Origin: Thalia democratica
Lineage: Eukaryota
Direction: 5' to 3'
Length of the DNA stretch: 64,000 nucleotides
NCBI GenBank assembly: GCA_965202585.1
Contig: OZ241829.1
Span: 7,378,001 to 7,442,000, forward strand
Shown one piece after another: positions 12,150-24,860 of this stretch. The position numbers and the translations under genes are program-made. The notes beneath the pieces are model-generated. The model searched no databases, was not told the origin of the DNA, and saw only the letters and a program-made list of their open reading frames with translations. Position 1 is the stretch's first letter; each line of letters starts with the position of its first letter.

Positions 12150-12499
12150 AACTTGAACTTTATTACAATATCAGCAAAAATTATGACTTTTTCAAAAGTC
12201 TTAATTAGTTACTACAAACCATCTGTTTTATTAGTTGAAAAAATGAAGTTTACCGTAAAATATTACAACTCACTTTATTGTTCTTATTATTATTATATCA
12301 AGGTTTTATATATAAGTAAATGATAAAAATTTTAGGAAGTCAAAGCGCAAAAAAATAGTAGTGTTAAGATATTGAAAAAAAAATATGCAAATGAATTACT
12401 ATTTTTATTGAGGTTATTTTTAAAGTAGTTAAAAATCCAAACATTCTACTTTTTTAACAGCTTTAAAAATTTAGATCAGATAAAATAACTAATAATTAT
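12150..12499 (-). repeat. Inverted, diverged copy of the kinase A 3' flank (matches ~7370-7900)
   Basis: The reverse complement contains gtgagttgtaatattttacggtaaacttca and tttttgctgatattgtaataaagt, both present at 7770-7895. Confidence 0.8.
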
Positions 12500-12889
12500 T
12501 TAGATAAGTTCTTCCAGTTTCACTCTTGTTACTGGATCCGGATTTAGCATGCGAACAATCAATTCAAACAAATCCTTTTCTCCAGCGTCGTTCTTATCAA
12601 AATAAGACTCTATCTTCTTAACTTCGCCTTTTATGTATACAAACTCTGGCTCTTTCAAAAAATCTATTTCATTTTCATCCTTTGACAACTTTTGACCAAC
12701 CTTCTCCTTTTTATCACCTTCGGACAATTTCAAGTTAATCCTTTGAACTTCTTGTTCAGTAAATGGACCAATCATCAAGTGGATCATCCTGAACAGTTCC
12801 TGAACAGTATCCACCTTGAAAAGTAATTTTCCTGTGAAAAGTTCGAATAAAGTGCAGCCGATCGACCAAACATCGCATGGATACCCGAT
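12500..12889 (-). pseudogene. Isolated, intact last exon (C-lobe, 129 aa) of a type-A CLK-like kinase, inverted; upstream exons replaced by the core block
   Basis: IGYPCDVWSIGCTLFELFTGKLLF...ELFRMIHLMIGP...LIVRMLNPDPVTRVKLEELI*. Acceptor cag at 12890-12892, beyond which the sequence is core-block DNA. Confidence 0.88.
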
Positions 12890-12892
12890 CTG

Positions 12893-15800
12893 TTTCAACA
12901 TGTTCACAATCTGTTTGTGTGTAGCCACATTTAAAATAAATCAGCTTAAAACTCCAAGGTCGCTTTTTTTTGATCCCATTTTGCATTGGCGTGGAAATTA
13001 GAAAATCGGTTTGAGGTAAGGTGAAAGTTTCTTCAAATCATTTAAGTCAACACAGAAAAATTAACACCAAAGCATAACTTTTTTAACAACTTTTCTAACC
13101 ATATTTTAGTTCTTTGTGTTTGTTTTTAATGAAATTAGAACTATTCTATTCAATTTATGTTTTTTGAACTAAGTTTATTCTATTCGTTGATATTTGTAAA
13201 TACCTTCTGTTACGGAATTATTGTTTTGAAAACGGAATACTTTTGTACATAGTAAAGTTAAAGAATAATTTAAGATGCTGACTAATTAAACCTAAAATAT
13301 TGATAAAATTTTATCAACAAAACTGATTACCACCGGACTCGATCTCGCGACCTTCTGCTCACGCATCGGGTCGGCGATCGCTGAACCACACAACCACTTG
13401 CTTGTTGACTTCAATGCTGGTATATAAAGTTTAAAAACTTTAGATTTAAATAAGTTCATTTAGTACTTATTAGTTTACCTTTCTGTAAATTGCTATTATT
13501 TTTTTATTTGAAACATATTTACAAAGATAAGACTGTTTTTTTTTACACATAACGTTTACGTGAATTTTAATACTTGAAAGTTTTCCATTCAAAAGCTGCA
13601 TAAGCAGAGCAAGTGTACTTATTAAAGGCAGTTTTGATTTTTGTTGCTTAAATCTAATTTAAAAGAACAAAACTGATTAAATGCTTTGATAATAAGAAAA
13701 CAGCGTGCAAAAACTTTTTTTTGTACATTTAAAGTATTAAAACTTTATAAATTAAACAAACTTATCCAGCTTTAATTAGCTATTATGGCAAAACAGATGC
13801 AAATATAACCTAACAGTTTATATATTATCGAAAATCAGAACTAAAGCAAAGGAGATATATTTCAAAATTAAAATCAACATTATAACAGCATTTATATCAC
13901 AAAGCAAAGTTTTAGAAACATCACAAGCATTTACGTTGTCGTTTTGATATTTTGTTGAACCAGCCAGTAATGAAAATTATATGGGTATGAATAAAATGTG
14001 GTAGAATATCTAAATTTTTAAATCATCAATGCCAGGAATTCTAATTTACCTGCCTGGACTTTTATGTCAAATAAATTCACGTGGTTGCTTATAATGCTGA
14101 TAAATTTAAGATTATTGATTGTAATGTCTAATTAAGCAGAAGTATAATAAAGAATGTAAGGCTGAACTACATTAATCCCAGGCGTTTCTACAGTTAAAAG
14201 ACCAAGTTTACCCTTCATTTTACACAGACGAAATGATTTGATTTTTTAAAATAATGAAAAGTGTTAAGGTTAACCGAGAAAAAAAAGATACTTTAAAAAA
14301 CTTAAACTTAGTAGATGTACTTCAAAACATAGGTAAGTAAGGATATTAATGTCTTTCAAACTAATTAACAGCAAATTTATGCTTAGATATAAGACATTAG
14401 AAAGCATTGTATATGATACACATAAAAAACCCTGTAGACCGAAACCTTGGCTTAGATGGCACTAAATAATTGTTATTAAAATATAACTAAAAATAAAAAC
14501 TTAAAATTATAATGGTACTTAGTCGGTGTAACGGTATTTGATTTATTTTATCAAAAGTACAGAGCTGGTACCTACCATTGTTTATTTATTTTAACACATA
14601 CGGTGGTAAATAAAGTTATATATAATGGTTAAATCTAATAGAGACCTTTAAACTCATAAAGGCTCTAAATGGAATTTTATTTGAACTGTAACTATTACTT
14701 AAAAGAAACAGTTTAATGTTTTAAATTTATAGCTAAATAAATATGTTGTTTGTGATATAAAACTAGAAACGATCATGTAAATCATATAAAAATTAGATTC
14801 ATTTATATACAGCAGTAAAATATTTAAGAGCTAATTGCCATATATATTTGTATCTGTTAGTTTAATTAAGATGCACATTATCCAATACATGGACATATAG
14901 TTAGTGTTATTCATTACTATATAAGTTGCTTTATTCAACTTAAAAATATAGAGCAATTAAATAATTTATAAAACATACCATACACATACAACTAAAGTGT
15001 AAGTGAAATTTATGCTAAACTAAGTTTAAACTGTATAAGACTACAAAGTGATGACGTAATAATAGTAAAAAGGTAAAAATGAAAAATATCACATAATTAC
15101 TTGAAAAATCGTGGACAAAAACAGTCTGATTTATTAGAGTCTAATTTAAAAAATGCCTAAACTGTTTTATACAAGTTAAGACGTAAATACTTACTTGTGT
15201 AAATGGAAAACTTTAGCGTAGATTTTCCAAAATTTAAGTTGTTGTGGAGTGACAACGATACTAATTAAAACGAGAAGTTAATGTACTCACTTACTTTGTA
15301 TAGTTTATCAAGTAACCAACAAAAGATGTTATCAGACCTGCTGATCAACAAAGTAATAATAAATATAATCAAAACAGTGGTCAAACTTGAAATAGACATA
15401 TACCAAATGTTAAATGTAATATAAATTAATTCAATGTACCTACTACAGAATGTTACTTAACATATAAGTTTTAGTAGATAATTATAAATGCCATAACAAC
15501 TAAACAAATGATTAGCTTTGATGTATTACAAACTTGCCATAACTAACTTTCAATTGACCTTTATAATTAAACAAACTAAGATGTAATTTATTTACTAGAC
15601 ATACTAGGTATTTAATACTGTGTAACAATGTAATTAGCTAAATGACGACAATAAAATGATCCTGATAAATAAAATTACAAAGTAAGTTGAAGTGTTTATT
15701 ATAGAATAATACCAGGCTGTCTACTACAAATCTGTAGCGTTTGTAGTACGACACCAAAGATACATACTATAAAACATAAAACTTTACTTGTAATTTATAT

Positions 15801-18800
15801 GTGTTAATATTGAGTTTAAAAGAAAAATAACTTACCAAAAAATTGTGCGTAACTACTCGTACATCAAACAAAAAACTAATTAGGTGCCGACCAGCATAAG
15901 GACGCGGCCTAAAGGACGGCTTTCGTTATTTGTGCAAAAGTCCCGGGAGCAAGAGCTGCTCCGATAGGAGCAGCTCGCAGCGGGAGGGACTTAAAAACAA
16001 ATAACGAAAGCTGTCCGCTACCACTTTAACCCAAAACCGAACTACTTCTTAGAGCTCAGTACCACACTTTTATCTGGTTTGGCTGTCAGGCTTACTAACT
16101 GGGCTCAAAGCGTAATTAGGTTTTTAAGAAAAAATGGTTGGGAGAAAAAGTGAAAAATTTTTCGCCGGCAGAGCCGGCGAAATGACTTAAAAATGATTTT
16201 TTAAATAATCTACCCAAAAATTTTCCAAAAAAACTTTTGATTTGGGGAAATCCCCATTTTGAAAAAAATTTGTGCGGCTTGGCTTAAAAATTAAGTGACT
16301 ACCTTATAGCGTACTCCTTAAACATAACCCTAACTTACTACCATATAGTTGTTAACTAAAAAATGAATGTCTTTTTAGGTGGTAATAGTAGGATTAATCT
16401 TAATTTGGAATATTATTAATTTTTCGAAGGTGTTATCATTGTAATAATAAATACCTATAACCATAAAATTCGTGTGAGACATGTTAAATAGTCTTTTCTT
16501 TTTGGAATGTTTGTTGTGACACAGTCTAATAACAGTATCCAAAACTTATAACTTAAATTTGAGTACTGCTAACATTTTGATTTGATGTTATGTTAACACA
16601 ATATCAATCGAAAACTTTAATAAAACAAATGCTTACTGTTGTTATTAGGCTGATTTACAACAAATATTCAAAAAAAAAAGCCATTTTCACATGTCATTCT
16701 ATAAAGCCACTGCAAGTCATACTTGATCTAGTCAGATAAGAGTCTGGCTTTTGTCAGCTAGTCACAGTTGCTTATAATAACTCTATAAAACATTAAATGG
16801 TTATCAAAGATTTTTTAGCTTTTAAATACACTTCATAAACACTACAAGTAACAAACAACCAGACTCTTATCTAATTTAGTTATATTAGCATTATCAATTA
16901 TTACACTATGCTACATAATTCTAAAATATTTAACAGGAAAAACAGTGGTTAATCATTTCTTGTTATGTTTTGAACAGTTCAGAGACATAGACATGCTTGT
17001 ATATTTTTTCAAAGACTAACTATTACTAAATGTTCAAATACTCTTTGATAAGAATTTCTATGGTGACACTGTCTAATAGTATATCTTAAGTTTTTGTTCT
17101 ACATCATCAAACAGCATTGGTATAATGAAACCAACAAAATAATATCTGATTTAATGCTACACATAGTATCAAGCTGAAGATTAAACAAATACTTATTTTA
17201 TAATATCACTATTAAAATTCCAAACAAAGACTGTTTTTTAGTACTATTAATACTCCAAAAATTAAGTTTAACACATCAGTACAACATAGTCTTTTTATAA
17301 AGATCATACATAGTCAGATAAAGGTCTGGTTTTTGTCAGCTAGTTACATTTAACTTATCATAACTCCATCAACTATAATAACCACTAAATGGTAATCAAA
17401 GTAATAATACACTTAAACTTTGAATTTTACTGTTAACTATAAACACTAAAAGTGACTGAAACAAACCAGACTCTTATCTAAATTAGTAATATGAACATAC
17501 AAAAACACTCAACATAAGTCAGTTGATCAAGCTGCCTTAATGTTGCTTGTGTTCCTACATGTTCACATGTAATAAAGTATATCACTTATACACAAACATT
17601 TTACACTATAGTTTTAATTGCTTAGTGGATAAAAACATAATAATAAAACATTTACTTTAACCGTTAATAACAATGTGTCTCTAAAAGTGTGCAAAGATTT
17701 AAAATTAACTGCTTAATTTTAAAGCTTGTAGCATTCAGAGTTACAACAAACAAAAGAACAGCTTGATTTTTAGCTCTAAAATTGTAATTGAACATTTTAC
17801 ATTGTAATCTTATTACAGAGATTCATAACACATAAGTTTTGACATATAGAAAAGCTAATGAAGTTTAATAGTAACAGCTTTTAGTTAATTTTGCACACTT
17901 TAGAAACTCTGTAGGATATTTTATAATCTAAAATTTTCATTGTAATTAATTCATAATTTTATGACTAGCATTTATGAATACCAGGGCTGCCACTCTTCAA
18001 TTCGAAAACTGTACTCTTTTAACCAAATTTCAGCTTAACTTGAATAAAATTAGAAACTAAGCAGCAAAAGCTGTTAATGTACTTTACTTGATATCAATTG
18101 AGTTTGAGCACTAATTTACACTAATGATATTCTATATTTACAAATAAATGACAATATTTAATGAAACAATTAATTTTCAAGTATTTAAAATTGAGAAAGC
18201 ACTACTAAAAAAATAAGTTTTGGCAGCCCTGAAAAATAATCATTTATTATCTCAACATTAACTATTTTGTATATAAAGCACTTACCTCAGTAAGAGCAGT
18301 AAACCAAGAACAGACCTGATATTCAAATTGCCACAAGAAGGGTTGATATAGATGACTGCTGTAGAAATAGAGATGCCCAATTTGTTTGTGCTTAATAAAA
18401 ACTTTTCAGTGCAACTATGATTAAATAGAAACACATGATAACTCATGTAGCAGACTGCTGATTTGAGACACTTTTTCACCATAAAGGTAAAGAATTTTCT
18501 CTGAAACCATGAAATAAAAAGATAATCAATCATATGGTTAGAGTAGAAGACTGTTGGTTGAGATACTTTTTCAACATAAAGAAAAAGACTTTCCTCTGAA
18601 ATCATGAAAAAATAGATAATTAATCATATGGTTAGAGTAAAAGACTGTTGATTCAAGATACTTTCAAAACATACAGACATTATGTTTATTTACATTTTTT
18701 ACTTGCATAAACAGTTTAAGTTTCAACTGTTAAAGACAATGCTGATTTTTTTTTCAAACCAAGTAATTGATTTTATGTGTCTGCTTTTAGTACCTTTTAT

Positions 18801-19864
18801 TACTTACAAAAACATACAACAAGGTAAACTCTAAAATGATTTATGAAAGTAAAGTTAAAAATGACAAGAGCTGCTACCAGTAACAAAACATTTTACTAAT
18901 GAATGCAATTTCATAAAAATTTCTGCAAACAGAATTTAACATGATTATCACAATAAAGTAGAAGTCTGTTGATTTAAGACAATTTTTCAACATACAGGTA
19001 ACGACTTTTCTGTGAAGTTGTCAACAAAAAGAAAGTAAAACACAAGGTTATCACAACAAAGTAGAAGTCTGCTGATTTAAGACAGTTTTTCAACATACAG
19101 GTAAAGACTTTTCTGTGAAGTTGTCAACAAAAAGAAAGTAAAACACAAGATCATCACTATAAAGTAGAAATCTGTTAACTTAAGACAATTTTTTAACATA
19201 CAGGTAAAGACTTTTCTTTGAAGTTGTAAACAAAAAGATAATTAAACACAAGATCATCACTATAAAGTAGAAGTCTGTTGATTTAAATCACTTTGGCAAC
19301 ATGCAGATGATGTAGATTTGTTTTGTGTTCTTTTTTTTCAACCATAAACAGTTCAAGTTTCAACTTTTTAAGACAACTTTGATTTTTTTCATACTAAGTG
19401 ATTCATACTAAGTGATTGGTTTTGAATTGTATGTGCTTGTAATTAAGCACCTTTTATTACTTATAAAAACTTATAAAAGGAAAACTCTAAAAATACTTAT
19501 GTAAAGAAAGTTTAAGTAAAAATTTGATGACCTACCACTCCTATGAAAACTTTCCTAATATGAATTGCAATTTCTTAAAAAATTTCTGCAAACAGAATTT
19601 TTGTATAATTACGTAACAAATAAAACTTGTGCAAAAAATTCACTTGGTGACATTCACGAGTTCTCTCTTCTCTCGCTTTGATAATTTTAAGCTAATTTTA
19701 AACTTATAGCTATACTTTTTTTAAACCTTGGTTTTTTCAAAAATAAATTTTACCATCATGTCGAGCACCGAATTCTGCTTCAAAAAACACCAAACACTTT
19801 ATAAAAAGGATGAAAAATAAGCAAAATAGAACTTAAAAACTTCAAAGCTTTAAATTTAAATTTA
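12893..19864. repeat. Shared core block, copy 2
   Basis: Starts at gtttcaa(c/a)atgttcacaatc and matches 28011-, 43141- and ~60926- onward. Here it is joined directly to an inverted kinase exon. Confidence 0.95.
13331..13397 (-). mobile_element. tRNA-derived (SINE-head-like) element with Pol III A/B-box-like motifs; copies at 28449-28515, 43580-43646, 61365-61431
   Basis: The minus strand reads gtggttgtgTGGTTCAGCGAtcgcc...gaaggtcgcgAGATCGAGTCCggtg. The T-stem and acceptor stem do not pair, so it is not a functional tRNA. Confidence 0.55.
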
Positions 19865-22300
19865 AAGTTTTGTCAAACTTGTATCTCTTGTATGAAAAGA
19901 TTTAGAAACAATTAGCAGATACTAGTATTCAAACTATGTTCGTAACAAATATCTCTTCTATGTTTTTAAAATTCATTTTTAAACTTTTGTTTTACTTAAA
20001 GATTTACACTTGTATGTATTCATTAACTGCTTAAACAAAACATTACTTACATGTAATATAAATGATTAAAATAGAGGTGCGATTTTAATACAGTTACAGT
20101 AAACTTTTGATTGATTAGTAAATTTTTTTCTAAACTACTTTTTATAGAAACTTGTTGGTTTTTGTACTTATTTATCAACGTTTACTTCAATCTAGTAGAT
20201 ACTCTCAGTTGTGATAAGTATGTGGTTAAAAATTTATGCACACATTAAAGCTTAGCTTAATCTCAAAAACTCTGTACTTTTAATTTTGTCGTTTTTATTT
20301 GTACAACAGTTTATTTTTACATGACTTAAGTTTAGCATTATTTCTTAATTAAAATGTAAATATAATGTTAGTATAATGTAAGTTACAATAAAAAAAATTT
20401 CATCAAGTTTATAGACAACTGTTGAGTCTTTATTTGATGTGTACACTGACAAACTTATCTATATGATTTGACTGTATTTCTATGTATAGTCAAATAAATT
20501 GATAATGTAAACTTTTGGTACTTGTAAATACTGTTGTTTACTTAATTGACCTTTTCAAAATATTATTACATTCAAGTTGTTTGAATAAATACTTGTGAGC
20601 TGCAGAACAGTTGAACTAATTTAGCTCCAATAGAATCTTAAAATTGTAACACAAGTATTCACAGTATTGTGTTTTTAAACTACATACTGTTCCTGATGGA
20701 AAAACCAGCAAATTTTACCTATCATGTAACTTACATATAAACTGAGCTAAAACTTATCATGATACTTGAACAGGTATCATTCAAAAGTAAATACATGTGC
20801 ACTTATTGCTAAATATAGTTTTTAACAAAAGGTGTTTCACTTTATCATAAATATTTCAGTATTATCAAGTTTCACTAAAGTAAAGATTTAACTTTTTTTA
20901 TACTAAAACTATTTTATGTTTTTCATTTAAAACATAGTGATAAAAATGACCAATAATCTAACACTTAAACTAACAGCTACCACTTACATTGAAAGTTACT
21001 GAAATGTAGTTGATGAAACTTATTATAAAAACTTATTGATTAGTGTAATGCTTATTTATAAATTAATGCTTAACTCTAGAATTAAAGAGAACATTTAGTT
21101 GCAATAAGTATGAGAATAAACACTTATACAAACACCAATGTTTAGCTTAACTTTACAAACTATATTAATACGTATCAAAACACTAACAATACTGTTAAGC
21201 GAAGTAAAAAATCTTTAATAAACTGTTAAAGAACAAATTACATTAATTAACTCTATAAAAAAGTGATACAAACAAGCTAAAGTACTTTTTTATCTGAAAA
21301 CTAGACAGAACTGTAAATATGAAAATTTATGCAAATTTTTGAGCAACAAAATTCAATGAAAATGAACAAGTAAGTTTTATTTTTGATTTTAATTTTTTTT
21401 TAAACCTTGTTTTTCTCAAAAATAAACTTTACCATCATGTCGAGCACCAAATTCTGCTTAAAAAAACACCAAACACTTTACAAAAAAGATGAAAAATAAG
21501 CATAATAGAGCTAAAAAACTTCAAAGCTTTGAATTTAGACTATTTTGTAGCTTTGAGTATCTTTCAAACTTGCATGATATGAGTTAGAAACAATTAGCAG
21601 GTGTTAGTACTCGAACTATGTTCATAGCCAATACCTCTGCTATGTTTTTAATTTCAGCTTTGAATATTTGTTATATTTGTAATTTTTCATTAACTGCTTA
21701 AAAAATCGTTATAAGTAAATTTAAATGTTTCAATTCAAACTTTAATTTAATATTATAACCATAAATTTGAGATTAATAGTTTAGTTGGTGTAACTTACTA
21801 TACAAACTTATTGATTAGTTTATTTATTTTTAAAGAGTGCTTCACTCTTATTTTTATGAGTTCATTAGTATTAAACACCTTAATAAAGACGTTGAGGCTT
21901 AGCTTAACTTTACAAACTATGTTTAACACATAACAAATAACTAATGGATATATTAGATTAAAAAAACTGTTAAAGAACAAATTATATCAATATACTCACA
22001 CAAACTAAAGTAGCTTTTATCTAAAATCAATCCAATAACATTAGATGAGTTTATAAAACAAACTAAATTTTAATAACAAAACGTTAAAAAGAACTTTTAT
22101 AAAATAGCAATTACAATTTAACAGCTAAATTAAACTTTAAATATTTTTAAGCTGCTTCAGACTTTTTAATTAGTAAAATGATGTCTTTATAATATTACCT
22201 ATCTTTTTTTTAATTAATAAGATCCTTTTATTTTGAAAAATAAGTAACTAACAAAAAAAAACATGTACACAGCAATACTACTATTTAAAATACAATTATA

Positions 22301-23522
22301 ATGTCCAATTCAAGTCCAGTGAACTCATTGAAAAAATTGAAAGACATACTTACTGTCGTTGGAAATTTGCATGGAAATGGTTTCACATACGAAGTTTTCA
22401 AGGAAATCGGCAGGGGAGCCTACGGTGTCGTCTATGAATGCCTTGACGTTTCAACATACCGGAACGTTGCTATTAAAGCCGTCGAACACAAGTATGGAAA
22501 TAATGAGCGGGAAGCTTTCGACAGTCTGCACGACGCTGATGGGAAGTGTAACCACTTGGTCGAGGTTCTCAATGGTTTTACTAATCACACTTTGGCTTGC
22601 CTGGTGTACCCGGTTTACGGCCCCAATCTGAGCAAGGCAATGGAGATTAATAAACATCCGTTTAAAGCGCAAGAGGTTAGAATAATGGCGAAACAGCTGA
22701 TTGAAGCGGTGAACTTTCTTCATAAAAACGGAATGTTGCATTGCGATATTAACCAAGAAAATATTTTATTAAACAGGTTAATAGGACATAAAGACTTTAC
22801 TTAATTATAATTTTTACTAATTAGGTGCATTTTTTACTGATCTTTATGATGTTTGTTTAAAACAACTTATAGCCGAGTTAAATGACTTTTTTTTGTTTTT
22901 TTAACAATTTATTATACTAAAAATTTATATATATAATAATAAATTTTAAAATAATATCTAAAGTGTAACATTAAAAAAACTTTTACTAAACAGTTTCTAC
23001 TACGACCAGACTAAAATGTTTTCTTACTTTATGCCCGATATCAAACTCTGCGACCTTCGTTCTGTGCGTTGGGAAAGAGATTTCAACTATGACGTCATAA
23101 CAACACTTCAGTACCGCGCTCCTGACGTCATAATGGGCCATAAAATTGGGTATCCATGTGACGTTTGGTCGATCGGCTGCACTTTATACGAACTCTTCAT
23201 AGGAGAAGTTCTCTTCGATGCATCGACGGTTCAGGAACTGCTCCGGATGATCCATTTTATGATAGAGAATTTTACTGGCGATGAAGTTGAAACGATAAAC
23301 AGAAAACTCTCTGAAGACGGTGAAATTGTTGATGTTTTGAATGAGCAAGAGTTGGGACCCATAAAGGGCAAAACCTTGCTTTACGAATCAAAGAAGATGC
23401 GTTCTTACACTAATAACCAAAATAGAGTTAAGTTATTGTGGAAACTAATAAATAGGATGATTGACCGAAATCCAGTATCAAGAGTTAAACTGAAAAACTT
23501 AAATGAAGAAGAAGAAAATTAA
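22301..23522 (+). CDS. Divergent CLK/LAMMER-like CMGC kinase, type B, 334 aa; exons 22301-22776 and 22994-23522; possible pseudokinase
   Basis: Continuous spliced ORF (476+529 nt) with GRGAYG, VAIK, LHCDINQENILL, CDLRS, TTLQYRAPDV and CDVWSIGC. The intron is at the same position as intron 1 of type A. Confidence 0.9.
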
Positions 23523-24614
23523 ATGGTATTTTTTCTGTGTGACCGTAATATCAACAAAAGAAACTTAACTTTTTGTGTTTGTTTTATGGACTACTTTATT
23601 TTTACTTTGTTGCACTTATTTTGACTTTAACTCAGTAGCTTTTTGTTTTCGTTACTGAGATGGAAAACCTTGTGTTATTTATAAAATAAAAAAAGTGGTT
23701 TTGTACGACTTGAAAACAAACTTTAGAAAGTTTATGTTTTTATCCTGCTTTTATATTTTTGTTTTCAGTAGTTTAACCCTTATAGACAAAATTTGGTAAT
23801 TAAATTTGCTCGATTTGTAAAAATGTGTAGCCTACATTTATAAATCGTGTTCTTTAGATATTAAACGTAAATTTTTAACTTCTTAAAAATTGATAAATAA
23901 TTTTATATAGGACCTCAAAACAAAACAAAGCTACAAAACAGTGGAATTAAATTATAAATAAATTTTGTTTAAACCGTTTTCCGGAGTTTAATGAAGTAAG
24001 ACAAAAATTATTTTAAATATTAGTATTTTAAAGTATGTCGCATCATAACTTTTTTGAAGGTCTTTTTGTTTTTAAATGTGCATTTATGGCAACTTCTAAA
24101 ATTAGTTGTAGACCATAAGTTGCAAACTTGTTTTTCCTAGACGCTAAAATGTAAATGTTTTTCATAACTTCGAACAAGAAATAAAAACAGACAATTATCT
24201 GATATAAATTTAAAAAAGAGATATAGTATTAGAGCTAACGTTTAAAAAAAGTAAAATTCAGTAGTACACTGGTGAGTTAAAAATAGAAACATATGCTATA
24301 TATAATATAAAGTATATATATAAACATATTAACATATTTTTAACGGTCTATATTTCTTTTACTCCTTGGTTTCAGACGAGCGGTCGTTTATCAAAACAAA
24401 GTTATACAAACAAAGTTAAAAAAAAACAAGTTAGTGAAGAATAAAATAAATTGGCAATTGGTGTTTTTATAGCTAAAAAAACTAATTAGAGCTTTTGTTT
24501 TACTTTGTACAATTTTTGTATACGTTCTACAAACAAACAAAATGTTTCAAGAATAACATTTATATCTTAAACACTACACTCTAAATTGCTGGGGACATAT
24601 GGCACTAACTAAGT

Positions 24615-24860
24615 CTAATTAATAAACATTGAAAAAGGACCGTTCGAAGCCCTTTGTTCATCAGAAGGTGTTATACTGTAGGTTGATCCGGGAAACTTGG
24701 TCAGTGTCGAATAGTTGGCACTATGGATTCCAGGATTTTGATTAGTCGTAGAACTGTTAGATACTGGAACATACTGGTAAATGGATTGAAATACTTTCTC
24801 ACTGTTTTTCTTCGTTTCTGAATGCATGACAGGTGTTTGTTTTTCAATCAAGTACAAAAG
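24615..24860 (-). pseudogene. Inverted 5' fragment of the family-X gene (MHSETKKNSEKVFQS...), truncated after ~65 codons; 48-nt upstream intron 24861-24908
   Basis: Homologous to 54454- and 58856-. Acceptor tttctacag and donor gtaag are present, and the stop codon comes from unrelated flank. Confidence 0.8.

Noticed and set aside
21798-21980. 60-aa ORFs at 21798, 36919 and 51567, and the 70-aa ORF at 51828
   Set aside because: Low-complexity F/L/I/N/K composition typical of random AT-rich DNA; they are conserved only because the whole block is duplicated.
22359-22756. Overlapping and antisense ORFs on kinase exons (6325, 12756, 12816, 22359, 22451, 37479, 37676, 52142)
   Set aside because: These are shadow ORFs from the higher GC of real coding sequence, and their lengths are not conserved across copies.
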